Virus record (IMG/VR): IMGVR_UViG_3300036715_000355
Coordinates: 1-37,619 of that record
Direction: 5' to 3' (one strand)
Length of the DNA stretch: 37,619 nt
DNA from: a virus
The notes under the pieces are model-generated. The model was given only the letters and a program-made list of their open reading frames with translations, was not told the origin of the DNA and searched no databases. The translations under genes and the position numbers were made by a program. Positions 14,054 through 23,058 of this stretch are shown here, piece by piece. The stretch's first letter is position 1; each line of letters begins with the position of its first letter.

Positions 14054-14188
14054 GTGAGATGTGATCGGTGTAACTATCGCTGGCAGTATAGGATGAGGCA
14101 CAACCGAACCCTAACCTACTGGATGTCAGCCATAGCCTGCACCATACTGGCATGTGAGCTTTGGGATGCGATCTGGGGGCGGAAATGA
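14054..14188 (+). CDS. Micro-ORF (44 aa, CxxC plus hydrophobic segment)
   Basis: GTG at 14054 after GAGGTGA. ATGA coupling to the next micro-ORF. Too short for the track. Confidence 0.3.
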   Translation: MRCDRCNYRWQYRMRHNRTLTYWMSAIACTILACELWDAIWGRK

Positions 14189-14283
14189 GCAACAGGTTTT
14201 TAACCATCGCTGAGTGGGAAGCATATTGTTCTGAGGTATTCATGCGCCACGCTGCCAAGTTCTTCACATATTGGGGCGCATAA
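14185..14283 (+). CDS. Micro-ORF (32 aa)
   Basis: ATGA overlap upstream. Its TAA is followed immediately by the next ATG. Confidence 0.3.
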   Translation: MSNRFLTIAEWEAYCSEVFMRHAAKFFTYWGA

Positions 14284-14403
14284 ATGAATCAAGACACTAT
14301 CGAAGTCCAGCTCTGGCACTCGGCTTCTATCATGACCAACGGGCAAGAAATTAGGCTCAGTTGCCTGGGATCATGCAATGAAGGTCATGGGGGGAAACAG
14401 TAA
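14284..14403 (+). CDS. Micro-ORF (39 aa)
   Basis: ATG at 14284. TAATG junction to the next ORF. Confidence 0.3.
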   Translation: MNQDTIEVQLWHSASIMTNGQEIRLSCLGSCNEGHGGKQ

Positions 14404-14531
14404 TGGCTGGCAGACCCTCAAAGCTCACAGACCGCCAATGGGGAGAGATTGGAAGGCGACTGGCCCAAGGGGAAAGCCAATCATTCCTCGCCTGTAGCTT
14501 CTGGAGTAGGATCATGAGGGGGAGCCGATGA
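14403..14531 (+). CDS. Short ORF (42 aa) resembling the N-terminus of HTH-type small terminase / DNA-binding proteins, apparently truncated
   Basis: MAGRPSKLTDRQWGEIGRRLAQGES... is a common small-terminase/HTH N-terminal signature. The remainder is short and atypical. Confidence 0.35.
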   Translation: MAGRPSKLTDRQWGEIGRRLAQGESQSFLACSFWSRIMRGSR

Positions 14532-14570
14532 CAAGTTGTCCACAAGTTGACAGTGACGCAAGAGGGCACA
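14529..14570 (+). repeat. Plus-strand copy of the stop-TTGTCCA-SD-start element ahead of terS
   Basis: TGACAAGTTGTCCACAAGTTGACAGTGACGCAAGAGGGCACA then ATG. Contains TTGTCCACA and the direct 10-mers acaagttgtc / acaagttgac. Confidence 0.5.
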
Positions 14571-14897
14571 ATGGGTAAGGTGGAGGACCAGCCTAAGAAA
14601 AAGGCGAACAAAGGAACTTTTACCAAGGATAATCCAGGCCCCGGTAGGCCCAAGGGGATACCGAACAAACTCACAACCCAGGTCAAAGAAGCTATGGAGT
14701 TGGCCTTCGAGGGGTTGGGAAGCGTGGATGAGTTGATTGAATGGGGCAAGACCAATCGAACCGAGTTCTACAAGTTGTGGATCCGGCTCCTGCCCGCGAA
14801 GATCGAGGCAACCGGCAAAGATGGTGAAGCCCTCTTCGGCCCTGATCAGATTGTCCGGGCTGCAAACGAGATCATCGCTGCGCGGTCCCGCAAGTGA
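14571..14897 (+). CDS. terS: Terminase small subunit-like protein (DUF5681-like)
   Basis: ATG at 14571 with AGAGGG SD. NPGPGRPKGIPNK motif. Lies directly upstream of TerL and overlaps it. Confidence 0.6.
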   Translation: MGKVEDQPKKKANKGTFTKDNPGPGRPKGIPNKLTTQVKEAMELAFEGLGSVDELIEWGKTNRTEFYKLWIRLLPAKIEATGKDGEALFGPDQIVRAANEIIAARSRK

Positions 14898-16303
14898 TTG
14901 AGCCGGGGTCTCTGCTGGCCTATTCGATCCTCCAGTGGGAAGGCTACAACCCAGCGAACCACCACCGGCTGCTGGCAGACAAACTGGAAGCTGTGGCACG
15001 TGGTGAGGTCAAGCGGCTGATAGTTCAGATGCCACCTAGACACGGCAAGTCAATGGAGGCTTCTGAGTTCTTCCCGGCGTGGTATCTGGGAAACTTCCCG
15101 TCCCATCAGATCTTGGCCTCAACTTATGCCCAGGAACTAGCGGGTGACTTTGGGCGTAAGGTCCGTAACCTTTGCCAAACTACCCAGCATCTTCACATGT
15201 TCCCAGGATTCAGCCTTTCCCAGGACTCACAGGCCGCTTGTAGGTTCCACACACCAGATCGTGGTGTCTACCAGGGCGTGGGTATCGGCGGGGCAGCTAC
15301 GGGCCGTGGCGCACATCTGTTGCTTATTGATGACCCTGTTAAGAGCCGGGAAGAAGCCGAATCCGAGATCATGCGGAAGCGGGTAAAGGACTGGTATACA
15401 TCTGTCGCACGAACCCGGTTGATGCCTGGTGGTGCTATTGTGGTCATTCAGACCCGTTGGCATGAGGACGACCTAGCGGGATGGCTCCAGAAGGAACACG
15501 CCCATGAGGGCTGGGAAGTGCTTAACCTTCCAGCATTGGCTGAACCCAATGACCCGCTTGGACGGGCAGAAGGCGCGGCCCTGTGGCCTGAGTGCTACCC
15601 GGTATCGGAACTGAGCGTCATTAAGCAGTCTATCGGCGCTAGGGACTGGTCTGCTCTCTACCAGCAGAGACCCAGCGCCATGGAAGGCTCAATCCTTAAG
15701 CGTGGGAACTGGGGTTACTTCAAGCCAGCGGAGGTAAACCCCGCTGGCTTGATCGAGTCCCTTTGCGTCACTCGCGTCATTCAGGCATGGGATACGGCGT
15801 TCAAGACGGGCAATATGAACGATTACAGTGTTGGCGTGACTATCGGTGTAGCGAAGGCTCGATATTACATCTTGGATGTGTGGCGAGACCGGGCAGAGTT
15901 CCCTGACCTCAAACGCGCGTTGGTGTCACAGGCTACAAAGTGGGGCGCTCACGCTGTGGTAATTGAAGACGCAGCATCAGGCCAAAGCCTTATACAGGAA
16001 CTTCGACGTAACACGCGGATCCCGTTAGTTACCGTGAAAGCCGACAAAGACAAGACGAGCCGAGCCAACGCAATTTCAGCAATACACGAGGCAGGGCTGT
16101 GTTATCTACCAGAAAACGAACATTGGGTATCAGACTTCGTTGATGAGTGCGCGGGGTTCCCTTCCGCTGCGCATGATGACCAAGTTGACGCATTCGTTCA
16201 CGCTTTGACCTATGCTAGACCTATGGCACAGTTTGATGCCGAAGAGAAGGATATTGAGGAGTTCCCAGGCATGGTAAGGAAGCGTGGAGGGTGGGCATCA
16301 TGA
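14894..16303 (+). CDS. terL: Terminase large subunit
   Basis: Walker A-like MPPRHGKS, Walker B LLLIDDP, coupling motif QTRWHEDD, and a C-terminal RNaseH-like nuclease part (AWDTA...EDAASG...DDQVDA). Confidence 0.9.
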   Translation: MIEPGSLLAYSILQWEGYNPANHHRLLADKLEAVARGEVKRLIVQMPPRHGKSMEASEFFPAWYLGNFPSHQILASTYAQELAGDFGRKVRNLCQTTQHLHMFPGFSLSQDSQAACRFHTPDRGVYQGVGIGGAATGRGAHLLLIDDPVKSREEAESEIMRKRVKDWYTSVARTRLMPGGAIVVIQTRWHEDDLAGWLQKEHAHEGWEVLNLPALAEPNDPLGRAEGAALWPECYPVSELSVIKQSIGARDWSALYQQRPSAMEGSILKRGNWGYFKPAEVNPAGLIESLCVTRVIQAWDTAFKTGNMNDYSVGVTIGVAKARYYILDVWRDRAEFPDLKRALVSQATKWGAHAVVIEDAASGQSLIQELRRNTRIPLVTVKADKDKTSRANAISAIHEAGLCYLPENEHWVSDFVDECAGFPSAAHDDQVDAFVHALTYARPMAQFDAEEKDIEEFPGMVRKRGGWAS

Positions 16304-16410
16304 AAATTGCGGACATCAAAGCATTCTTCAAGGGCGTCCCGGTCTGGTGGACCGTTGGGTTATGGTTCCTGGATGTCATGGCTTACTCCAGAAAAGACCG
16401 TAAACCATGA
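16300..16410 (+). CDS. Micro-ORF (36 aa) with one hydrophobic segment
   Basis: ATGA overlaps at both ends. VPVWWTVGLWFLDVMAY. Confidence 0.35.
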   Translation: MKIADIKAFFKGVPVWWTVGLWFLDVMAYSRKDRKP

Positions 16411-16646
16411 CTTGCAAGCCAGAGGTGGAGCGAAGATTACAGGTGTTCTGTCGCACTGTAGATGTAGGGGATGGTTTCGAGATGGATGAGCCATTCACTA
16501 TCGAAGGCGTCTATGAGCCAGACCCGAGTAAGTGGGCCAAAACGCTTGACACACTAAAGTCATTCTGGCGCGTGTGGTGGACATACCAGGTCTGTGGATA
16601 CTTCTCCAACCTTTGGTCTGCTATCTGTGGGAGGCGTGATGGTTAA
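16407..16646 (+). CDS. Hypothetical protein (79 aa)
   Basis: ORF taken from the track, with ATGA coupling. Confidence 0.55.
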   Translation: MTCKPEVERRLQVFCRTVDVGDGFEMDEPFTIEGVYEPDPSKWAKTLDTLKSFWRVWWTYQVCGYFSNLWSAICGRRDG

Positions 16647-16710
16647 GTGGTTAGCCTGTTTCGTATGCCTGGCCGTTCTGGCGTGTTTCGGTTGGCTGGT
16701 GGCAGAATGA
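16639..16710 (+). CDS. Micro-ORF (23 aa), fully hydrophobic
   Basis: MVKWLACFVCLAVLACFGWLVAE. Overlaps its neighbours by 8 nt upstream and by ATGA downstream. Confidence 0.25.
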   Translation: MVKWLACFVCLAVLACFGWLVAE

Positions 16711-16949
16711 CCTACCTCCAGTCCCTCCTAGCCGAAGCCATGGGCCTCGCGTCCAATGACCCAAGAGTCATCGCAGCCGTCAAAGCCATCTACAAAGCTA
16801 AGGTTGTAGATGACCGGGCTGTGACCAGAGCCCAGATCAGGGCCGATAAAGAAACAGACTATAAGATCCTCGCACGTAGGTATCATTGCTCACCTCAAAC
16901 GGTTTACCGTTCATGGTCGGAGATTTTACCATCTATGGAAACCCGATGA
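16707..16949 (+). CDS. Hypothetical small protein with C-terminal HTH-like segment (80 aa)
   Basis: ATG at 16707. ILARRYHCSPQTVYRSW. Confidence 0.5.
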   Translation: MTYLQSLLAEAMGLASNDPRVIAAVKAIYKAKVVDDRAVTRAQIRADKETDYKILARRYHCSPQTVYRSWSEILPSMETR

Positions 16950-17037
16950 CTACAAACTGATCATGCCGGGGGAGTCAATAGACACATTTAGGGCTCAGAT
17001 ACGATAGAGACCCACCCAACCTCAAACCTCCGGCGCT

Positions 17038-17433
17038 TTGGTGCCTGTGGATTCCCCGAAACTCGTATACCACCAAGGATCGGGGGTCATCGAGACCCCT
17101 GAAGGCGTTACGGTGGCATTCGGTTGGGCCGGTAAGGGTATCGGCAAGAACCGGCCAGAAGTCCAGAATGTGAAGTGCATCGGCCCTCTACCGCAGGGCC
17201 TTTATGTTGTAGGGGTATGGGAAGACCACCCCAGGCTCGGCAAGATGGTAACCCCCTTGACCCAGATCGAAGGCGAGACCTTTGACCGTGGGTCATTCTT
17301 CATCCATGGCCCATCTAAAGACCCCTTGCACTATGGGCAGGAGTCTATGGGCTGTATCGTCGTGCCTTTCACCAGCCGCCTGAAGATCCGAGAAGATCTG
17401 CCAGAAGGCTCATACTTGAGGGTGGAAGCATGA
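17038..17433 (+). CDS. YkuD-fold L,D-transpeptidase-like / DUF2778 (Tlde1-like) peptidoglycan enzyme, putative endolysin
   Basis: GPLPQGLY...FFIHGPS...SMGCIVV matches the His / Gly-Cys catalytic signature. The next gene is a holin. Non-ATG start (TTG 17038 or GTG 17041/17047). Confidence 0.6.
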   Translation: MVPVDSPKLVYHQGSGVIETPEGVTVAFGWAGKGIGKNRPEVQNVKCIGPLPQGLYVVGVWEDHPRLGKMVTPLTQIEGETFDRGSFFIHGPSKDPLHYGQESMGCIVVPFTSRLKIREDLPEGSYLRVEA

Positions 17434-17963
17434 CCTCTTTTGATTGGAAAGCCCTTGCCAGATCTGTCGCTCCGACCATCGGGACTGCTTTGGGTGGGCC
17501 TCTCGGGGGCGTGGCAGGTTTGGCGCTGGCGAAGGTTCTTGGTGTCCCAGAGGGCGGGGATCACGACGATTCAGCCCTTGCCGCTGCGGTCCAAGGGGCG
17601 ACTCCAGACCAACTTCTGGCCCTCAAGAAAGCAGACCAGGACTTCGCGCTTCAGATGCAGGAACTTGGGTTCAAGGACCTCGAAGCCTTGGAGGCCATTG
17701 CTGCCGGTGATCGCGCCTCAGCCAGAGACCGTGAAGTAAAGACTCAGGACTGGACGCCCAAAGCTTTAGCGGTTGGGATAACAATCGGATTCTTTGGGCT
17801 TCTTAGCTATTTGATGAAGTCTGAGCCCCCAGCAGGTAGCCGGGACATCCTCAACATTATGTTGGGTGCGCTTGGGTCGGCCTGGATCAATGTTATTTCC
17901 TATTATTTTGGGTCCAGCGCAGGGTCTGCCAGGAAGACAGAATTGACCGGGGGCAAAGTATGA
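17430..17963 (+). CDS. Holin, 3-TM GTA-holin (DUF3154)-like
   Basis: Three hydrophobic segments and a central DRASARDRE motif. ATGA coupling on both sides. Confidence 0.6.
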   Translation: MTSFDWKALARSVAPTIGTALGGPLGGVAGLALAKVLGVPEGGDHDDSALAAAVQGATPDQLLALKKADQDFALQMQELGFKDLEALEAIAAGDRASARDREVKTQDWTPKALAVGITIGFFGLLSYLMKSEPPAGSRDILNIMLGALGSAWINVISYYFGSSAGSARKTELTGGKV

Positions 17964-18295
17964 GTGATCGTAAATGCCCCCTCCCTGAATGCCCGGAACA
18001 TAACTATACGAGACGCCAGGATGATGCTGGATTGCAGGTCATCCTACAGGCCATTGGTGGCCTTGAACGATCTACAGCGGCTCAGACGCTTGAGATGAAC
18101 CAGCGCTTAGGGCGGATGGAGTCAAACATCGCTAAGACGGCTGAGCGCATCGGGGCACATTCAGGGGAGATCGAGAACCTCAAGGCGGCTAGTAAGTCCC
18201 GGATGGATAAGAAGTGGCTACTCGTGTCTGCCTTCATCGGGGCCACTACAACTCTTCTGGCGAGCGCTTTGAATGTGTTCAAGGCAGGTAAGTAA
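17960..18295 (+). CDS. Coiled-coil protein with C-terminal TM anchor (lysis-associated?)
   Basis: C-terminal WLLVSAFIGATTTLLASALNVF. Position within the lysis cassette. Confidence 0.45.
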   Translation: MSDRKCPLPECPEHNYTRRQDDAGLQVILQAIGGLERSTAAQTLEMNQRLGRMESNIAKTAERIGAHSGEIENLKAASKSRMDKKWLLVSAFIGATTTLLASALNVFKAGK

Positions 18296-20517
18296 TGGGC
18301 GTCGTCGGTAAAGTCTCTCGCAAGATCGGCAAAGCCATTGGCTTCATCGAAACTGTTGAGGTTTCTGAGGCTGACAAGGATCTTCTGGAGACCATCCGCA
18401 CGAATGTCTTTCTGGACGCAGAGGCTACCGAGGAACAGCGGATGTTAGAAGAGGATGACCTCCGGTTCTGTGATCCTACTACTCAGTGGACTGATGAGGA
18501 CCGAGCGACGCGCACGGAAGCGGGCCGCCCCTGTCTGACCGAGGATCTGATTGGTTCGTTCATCCGCCAAGTCTGCAATGAACAGCGCAAGAACAAGCCT
18601 GGCGTCCAGATCAATCCCGTAGGTGACGGGGCAGATGACGATACGGCTGAGGTGATCCAGGGGCTTGTTAGGCACATTGAATACAGTTCCAACGCTGATA
18701 CGGCCTATGATACTGCGTTCCAGAGTGCTGTCCGAACAGGGCGCGGGTTCTACCGGCTCTGCACCGACTATGAGGACTCCGAATCGGACGACCAAGAGAT
18801 CCAGATCAAGCGGGTTCCCAACTCGGCTATGGTCTTCATCGACCCAGCCGCGCAGGAGTCGGACTTCTCAGACGCCCGATGGGGCGGGTTCAAGACCTGG
18901 ATGAGCCGAGATGGCTACAAGGCTTCCTATGGCGAATCCAGGCTCGGTAACGCTGGTTCTAGCGCATGGCGATCCATCGGAGACGATGCACCCGACTGGA
19001 TGAGCGGCGATGGTGGCGCTTGCATGGTAGTTGAGTATATTTGGAAGGAACTGACCAAGAGTAAGACCAAGAGTGGCCGAGAGACTTACAAGGTCCAGAT
19101 TAAATGGGTCAAATGCACGGCTGTCGAGATTCTCGAACGTGGTGAACTGCCCGGTATCTATATCCCGATTATCCCGGTTTTGGGCGATGAGATCATCCAG
19201 AACGGGCAGCGCACATGGTCGGGGATCGTTAGGGCGGGGAAAGACCCCCAGAAGCGACATAACTACCTTCTGACAAGCCAGATTGAGCGTATTGCCTTCA
19301 CACCCATTGCTACTTGGATGGGTGTCAAGGGTTTCATGGGCAAGGACAAGTCATCTTGGCAGAACGCCCATAAGGCTCAGACCGCATCACTTGAATTTGA
19401 GCCTGTGGACATCGCTGGGAATCCTGCCACGCCTCCACAGCTGGTTACTCAGGAAGCCGCTATCCAGAGCGTGACAGTTGCGCTCCAAGGCTCTGAGATG
19501 GGCATGAAGGCCGTCTTGGGCATGTATGACGCGAACATGGGCAACCGCCAAGGCGGGGAATCTGGCGTTGCTATCCAGCGGCTTCAATCCCAGGGTGATA
19601 CGGGGAACTTCCATTTCCAGGACAACCTGAGCCGAGCTATCAGGCTTGAGGGCCGAATCATTCTGTCTTGGTTGCCTGTTTACTATGACCGTGAGCGTAT
19701 CGTCAGAATCATTGGCGAGGATGGTTCACAGACTACTGTTAAGATCAATGGTTCTATCCAGAAGCCTGAAGAGGGGATGAGTAAGGATCAGGTTGGCAAG
19801 ACGTTCAGCATCACCACTGGTAAGTATGATGTGACGATCTCCACCGGCCCCAGCTACCAGAGCAAGCGGCAGGAAGACCGCGCCATGCTCCAGGCGATGC
19901 TGACTAGCCCGATGGGGCAGTTGATCGCTAACCGGGCTGGTGATCTTGTGGCCAAGACTCTTGACTCGCCTATTGCCACTGAGCTAGCAGAACGCTTGAT
20001 GCCCCTTGACATCGCACAGAAGGCCCAGGCTGGCAACCATCCGCAGATCCCGCCTCAACTACAGCAGGCCATGCAGAAGATGCAGATGGAGAACCAGCAA
20101 CTTACCGAGGCTCTGCACAAGGCTATGGATGAGATCGACCAGAACATCACCAAGGCAAACCAGGACATGGAGAAGGCCAAGCTAGACGCTGAGACCAAGA
20201 TCCACATTGCCCAGATGGACAACGAGGCCAAGATCCTAATTGCCGAGGCCCAGATTGCCGGGAATGGCGCTTTGCCTGCGCTCCAGCAAGAGTTCTCCGA
20301 CCTCAAGGCCCAGCAGGAAGAACTGGCCCAGCTTGCCCTAGCCCATCACGACATGATTACCCAATCTATGCCCCCTACGCCTATGCCTGATGGCAGCGCA
20401 CCCATGGGGGCCGCTAACCCTTCAACCCCGCAGACTGCCCCCGTTGGCCCGGTGGCCGGTGATCAGGCATCTGCACAACCCGTAGCACCCGCTGGCCCAT
20501 CGGCTGGCATGGAGTAA
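18295..20517 (+). CDS. Portal protein, P22 gp1-like with long C-terminal coiled-coil barrel
   Basis: 740 aa. GRPCLTEDLIGSFIRQVCNEQRKNKPGVQINP...AEVIQGLVRHIEY...GRGFYR. Q/A/E-rich helical C-terminus. Confidence 0.85.
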   Translation: MGVVGKVSRKIGKAIGFIETVEVSEADKDLLETIRTNVFLDAEATEEQRMLEEDDLRFCDPTTQWTDEDRATRTEAGRPCLTEDLIGSFIRQVCNEQRKNKPGVQINPVGDGADDDTAEVIQGLVRHIEYSSNADTAYDTAFQSAVRTGRGFYRLCTDYEDSESDDQEIQIKRVPNSAMVFIDPAAQESDFSDARWGGFKTWMSRDGYKASYGESRLGNAGSSAWRSIGDDAPDWMSGDGGACMVVEYIWKELTKSKTKSGRETYKVQIKWVKCTAVEILERGELPGIYIPIIPVLGDEIIQNGQRTWSGIVRAGKDPQKRHNYLLTSQIERIAFTPIATWMGVKGFMGKDKSSWQNAHKAQTASLEFEPVDIAGNPATPPQLVTQEAAIQSVTVALQGSEMGMKAVLGMYDANMGNRQGGESGVAIQRLQSQGDTGNFHFQDNLSRAIRLEGRIILSWLPVYYDRERIVRIIGEDGSQTTVKINGSIQKPEEGMSKDQVGKTFSITTGKYDVTISTGPSYQSKRQEDRAMLQAMLTSPMGQLIANRAGDLVAKTLDSPIATELAERLMPLDIAQKAQAGNHPQIPPQLQQAMQKMQMENQQLTEALHKAMDEIDQNITKANQDMEKAKLDAETKIHIAQMDNEAKILIAEAQIAGNGALPALQQEFSDLKAQQEELAQLALAHHDMITQSMPPTPMPDGSAPMGAANPSTPQTAPVGPVAGDQASAQPVAPAGPSAGME

Positions 20518-20519
20518 CT

Positions 20520-21278
20520 ATGAACACCAAATATGAAGGAATGGATGAGATGGACGGCGCTGGCGTTGATATCGCTGTCGCTGAGCCTGTCTTGGAAACT
20601 CCTGAAACCCCGGAAGTGCCTGCTGAGCCTGAAACCCCCGATGAACCGGAGAAGACCCCGGAACAGGAAGAGGAACACAAGCGGCTCACCGGATCGGCCC
20701 GCGCCAAGGCAAAGGCTGAAAGGCTGGCAGAGGAAAACCGTCAACTCAAGGAACGGCTTGACCGTTTGGAGTCGAAGGTTGACCCAAAGCCTGCTGATTC
20801 CCCGAAAGCCGGGGAACCCGCGCTAGACGACTACGCGAGTTTCGCGGAATACAACGCCGCGATGATCGACTATCGGGTTCAGAAGGCTCTGGTAGAGCGT
20901 GATGCCAAGGACCAAAGCACCAAGATCATGCAGTCGTGGGAACAGAAGAAGGCAGAGGCCCGAAAGGACTTGCCCGATTTCGACGAAGTGCTGGCAGATA
21001 TGGAGCCCCCCGCTCCCGTAGTGCTGGCAGTTATGAACGCCTCACCCTTTACGGCTCGGATCGCTCATTACCTTGGGAACCATCCAGACGAAGCGAAAGA
21101 TATCAATTCCATGCGACCCGAGGCCGCTGCTCTCGCCATTGGTGAGATTGCCGCGACATTCAAGGCCGCCAAGCCAACCGAAAAGAAAGAATCCAAAGCC
21201 CCGCCCCCGCTGGTTCCAGTCAAGGCCGCCGCTATCACGGTAAAGAATGATCGTCATTCTGGCCTTGAAGAGTTCTAA
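20520..21278 (+). CDS. Scaffolding protein
   Basis: Lies between portal and coat. Acidic PE-rich N-terminus with coiled-coil character. Confidence 0.65.
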   Translation: MNTKYEGMDEMDGAGVDIAVAEPVLETPETPEVPAEPETPDEPEKTPEQEEEHKRLTGSARAKAKAERLAEENRQLKERLDRLESKVDPKPADSPKAGEPALDDYASFAEYNAAMIDYRVQKALVERDAKDQSTKIMQSWEQKKAEARKDLPDFDEVLADMEPPAPVVLAVMNASPFTARIAHYLGNHPDEAKDINSMRPEAAALAIGEIAATFKAAKPTEKKESKAPPPLVPVKAAAITVKNDRHSGLEEF

Positions 21279-21303
21279 GAGGCCCTACTAGAAAGGCTAT
21301 ACC

Positions 21304-22545
21304 ATGGCAGTTAATGCCTTTAACAATACCGCAAAGATCACCAAGCAGGCGATGAATGTTCTCCGGAACAACCTTGTCTTGGTGCCCCGTGTCAACCGCA
21401 CCTATGAGAAGGAATTCAGCCAGGGCAACGGTAAGATCGGCGATACCGTGTCTGTCCGCATTCCTGGGTATGGCACGGTTCGGCGTGGCAAGGTCGCCTC
21501 GCCTGCTGGCTACAACGAGTCCTACGTGCCTCTGACCGTGGCTCAGATCGGAGCGGACCTCAAGTTCAGCGCCAAGGAACTTCTGCTTAACGTGGAGGAC
21601 CCTCCGGAGTTTGAGCGTTCCGTTCTTGGCCCCCAGCTTGCGACCCTGATCAACCAAATTGAGGCTGACGGCTTCGCGCTCTCTAACCAGTTCTCTGGCT
21701 TCACCGGCACCCCTGGCACCAAGCCCACGGATCTGTCGGCGTTCCTGGATGCCTACGCTCAGTTGGCTGAGTTCGCCTGCCCCCTGGATGATGAGATCTA
21801 TTCGTATCTGGCCCCTCGTAGCCAGTCCAGCATGGTCAACGGGCTCAAGGGCCTGTTCCAGGATTCCACCGAGATCAGCAAGCAGTATAAGAAGGGCGTC
21901 ATGGGCACCGCTGCGGGCATGAACTTCATGACCTCGCAGAACACCATCATCCAGCAGACTGGCACGTATTCCGGCGCTGCTATTGCCATGAACGGTGCCA
22001 CGGCTGAAGGCGCGACCACGCTTGCCATTAATGCCTTCGGCGGCGCGACTGACAGCCTGAAGAAGGGGGACATCATCTCGATTGCTGGTGTCTACGCGGT
22101 CAATCCCGTTTCCAAGCTCAGCACTGGCCAGTTGATGCAGTTCGTTGTGACTGCTGACACCACCGCCGCCGCCAATGCGATGGCCGCTCTGCCTATCAGC
22201 CCCGGCATCTTCACCGCCGCGTCTGGCCCCAAGCAGAACGTGACCGCGCTGCCTCTTACTACCGCCGCTGTTTCGATCTACGGTGCGACCACCTCTGGCA
22301 CCTATTCCAACAAGCAGAGCCCGATCAATCTTGTCATGCACCGTGACGCGCTGGCTTTCGCCGCTGTGGATATGCCTCTTCTTGACCCCACCGCACAGAC
22401 CCGCATTCGTGATAACCAACTCGGCATGAGCGTCCGTCTGACCAAGTGGCTGGACGGCGTGAATGACGATCTCCTGTTCCGCCTCGACATGATGGTTGGC
22501 TGGGCTGTCCTCCGCGATAAGTTCGGCTGCCGCGTCCAGGGCTAA
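21304..22545 (+). CDS. Major capsid protein, P22 coat-like
   Basis: 413 aa. N-terminal ...RNNLVLVPRVNRTYEKEF...KIGDTVSVRIPGYG pattern, plus synteny. Confidence 0.8.
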   Translation: MAVNAFNNTAKITKQAMNVLRNNLVLVPRVNRTYEKEFSQGNGKIGDTVSVRIPGYGTVRRGKVASPAGYNESYVPLTVAQIGADLKFSAKELLLNVEDPPEFERSVLGPQLATLINQIEADGFALSNQFSGFTGTPGTKPTDLSAFLDAYAQLAEFACPLDDEIYSYLAPRSQSSMVNGLKGLFQDSTEISKQYKKGVMGTAAGMNFMTSQNTIIQQTGTYSGAAIAMNGATAEGATTLAINAFGGATDSLKKGDIISIAGVYAVNPVSKLSTGQLMQFVVTADTTAAANAMAALPISPGIFTAASGPKQNVTALPLTTAAVSIYGATTSGTYSNKQSPINLVMHRDALAFAAVDMPLLDPTAQTRIRDNQLGMSVRLTKWLDGVNDDLLFRLDMMVGWAVLRDKFGCRVQG

Positions 22546-22577
22546 AACCTAACCCAACCCTCTGAAAGGATAAAATC

Positions 22578-23006
22578 ATGGCTTCGACCCCTTACTCAAC
22601 TACCGTTCAGGCTCCGACTGACGTTAGTTTCATCTCCGTTAACATCCCGGTCTTTGCGGCTTCGGCCCTTGCCAATGCTGATGAGATCACCGATCTCGTC
22701 TTGGGGCTGAATTACCAGCTCATCAAGGTTGACTTCGTGTGTGTGACCCCCATCACCACCGCTGCGAAGACCTGCACTCTGACCCCCTACATCGACGCGG
22801 TTGCCGTTCCTGGCACCGTGACTGCCCTGGCCGGAACCAAGGCCAAGGGCGTGGTGAGCAACATCTTCACGGCTGACCTCACCAAACCCCCTGTGTATGG
22901 AAGCATCATCAGCAAGTTCAAGCTGACCGGTTCTGGCACTACGGCCTTCGTTGAAGGCGCTGGTTACTTTGTCTGCCTGTTCCGGGTTGTGGGCAACCTC
23001 TCCTAG
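22578..23006 (+). CDS. Hypothetical head-associated protein (142 aa)
   Basis: AAAGGA SD. Beta-rich composition. Sits after the coat gene. Confidence 0.55.
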   Translation: MASTPYSTTVQAPTDVSFISVNIPVFAASALANADEITDLVLGLNYQLIKVDFVCVTPITTAAKTCTLTPYIDAVAVPGTVTALAGTKAKGVVSNIFTADLTKPPVYGSIISKFKLTGSGTTAFVEGAGYFVCLFRVVGNLS

Positions 23007-23058
23007 TTCTTAACCGCTGGGGGGATCTAACGGTCTCCCCAGCACATTTGAGGTGTGC

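Noticed and set aside
14481-14999. 172-aa minus-strand ORF, and 14357-14755 (132 aa)
   Set aside because: They are antisense to the terS/terL junction and the coupled micro-ORFs. No supporting signals were seen.
21235-22419. 394-aa minus-strand ORF
   Set aside because: It is entirely antisense to the well-supported P22-like coat gene. Its composition is Gly/Arg/Ala-rich, typical of a GC-rich shadow frame. It has no SD or operon context.
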